Shown here piece by piece: positions 31,832 through 32,000 of a stretch of DNA of 32,000 bases. This DNA comes from Clostridia bacterium (GTDB lineage: Bacteria > Bacillota > Clostridia > Christensenellales > Borkfalkiaceae). The position numbers and the translations under genes are program-made. Where the stretch lies: positions 7,357-39,356 of the forward strand of contig JAFTKX010000047.1 of assembly GCA_017453045.1 (NCBI GenBank). Reading direction: 5' to 3'. Below the pieces are notes generated by a model. The model saw nothing but the letters and a program-made list of their open reading frames with translations. It searched no databases and was not told the origin of the DNA. Every line of letters begins with the position of its first letter. The stretch's first letter is position 1.

Positions 31832-32000
31832 TTAGTCTTCAATCGAAACGATTTTAACCTTATAGTCGCCCTGTGGCGCTTTTACGGTTACTTCGTCGCC
31901 CGCTTTACTACCGATAAGGGCTTTTCCGAGAGGCGATTCGTTTGATATTTTATTTTTTGAAATGTCCGCTTCAGTCGTACCAACTATCTCGTAAACCGTT
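31832..32000 (-). CDS. greA: transcription elongation factor GreA, C-terminal part (the gene continues beyond the right edge)
   Basis: Hand translation gives ...TVYEIVGTTEADISKNKISNESPLGKALIGSKAGDEVTVKAPQGDYKVKIVSIED*, the canonical GreA C-terminal domain. Confidence 0.85.
   Translation of the reverse strand, partial: TVYEIVGTTEADISKNKISNESPLGKALIGSKAGDEVTVKAPQGDYKVKIVSIED

Overview
This 32-kb window comes from an endospore-forming, low/moderate-GC Bacillota (Clostridia-like) chromosome, with almost all genes on the minus strand. Positions ~5,459-32,000 are core housekeeping and sporulation DNA. In coordinate order this core contains tRNA-Ser(GCT), recR-ybaB-dnaX, sigH-rlmB-mrnC, ylmC/ymxH and sigG. 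An alpha/beta-hydrolase plus a decayed ORF then sit between sigG and sigE-spoIIGA. Next come ppx, a two-gene split TSUP/TauE permease and a 939-aa doubly anchored acidic surface protein (+ strand). After that are a cobalamin-riboswitch-controlled DUF4430 lipoprotein + S-component pair, an untracked YjzC-like mini-ORF, a yfbR-like HD nucleotidase and a BspA-type LRR lipoprotein. The window ends with an amino-acid ABC transporter, rsmI, a trmN6-like MTase, ferredoxin, yaaT/ricT, holB, tmk, an unknown membrane protein and the 3' end of greA. Positions 1-5,458 are a visibly AT-richer, CpG-poorer accessory island abutting the 3' end of tRNA-Ser. Copies of the tRNA 3' tip plus a terminator hairpin punctuate it, and no integrase is in the window. 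The island carries a C-protein-controlled restriction-modification locus with two paralogous m5C methyltransferases and two different nuclease ORFs (365 aa PD-ExK; 182 aa Bsp6I-like). It also carries a MuF-motif/DUF6883-like + DUF4926-like toxin/immunity-type pair. The items most worth a second look are: the unusual R-M architecture and its GC palindrome/C-box operators; the nested tRNA-end repeats with compensatory hairpin changes; the repeat-flanked insertion inside the spoIIGA-sigE-sigG locus; a ~95-nt repeat with mutually exclusive hairpins on both sides of spoIIGA-sigE; a 13-14-nt motif recurring six times in intergenic DNA; and an unexplained structured leader after the B12 riboswitch terminator. 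All family assignments are from motif recognition by eye; no searches were run.
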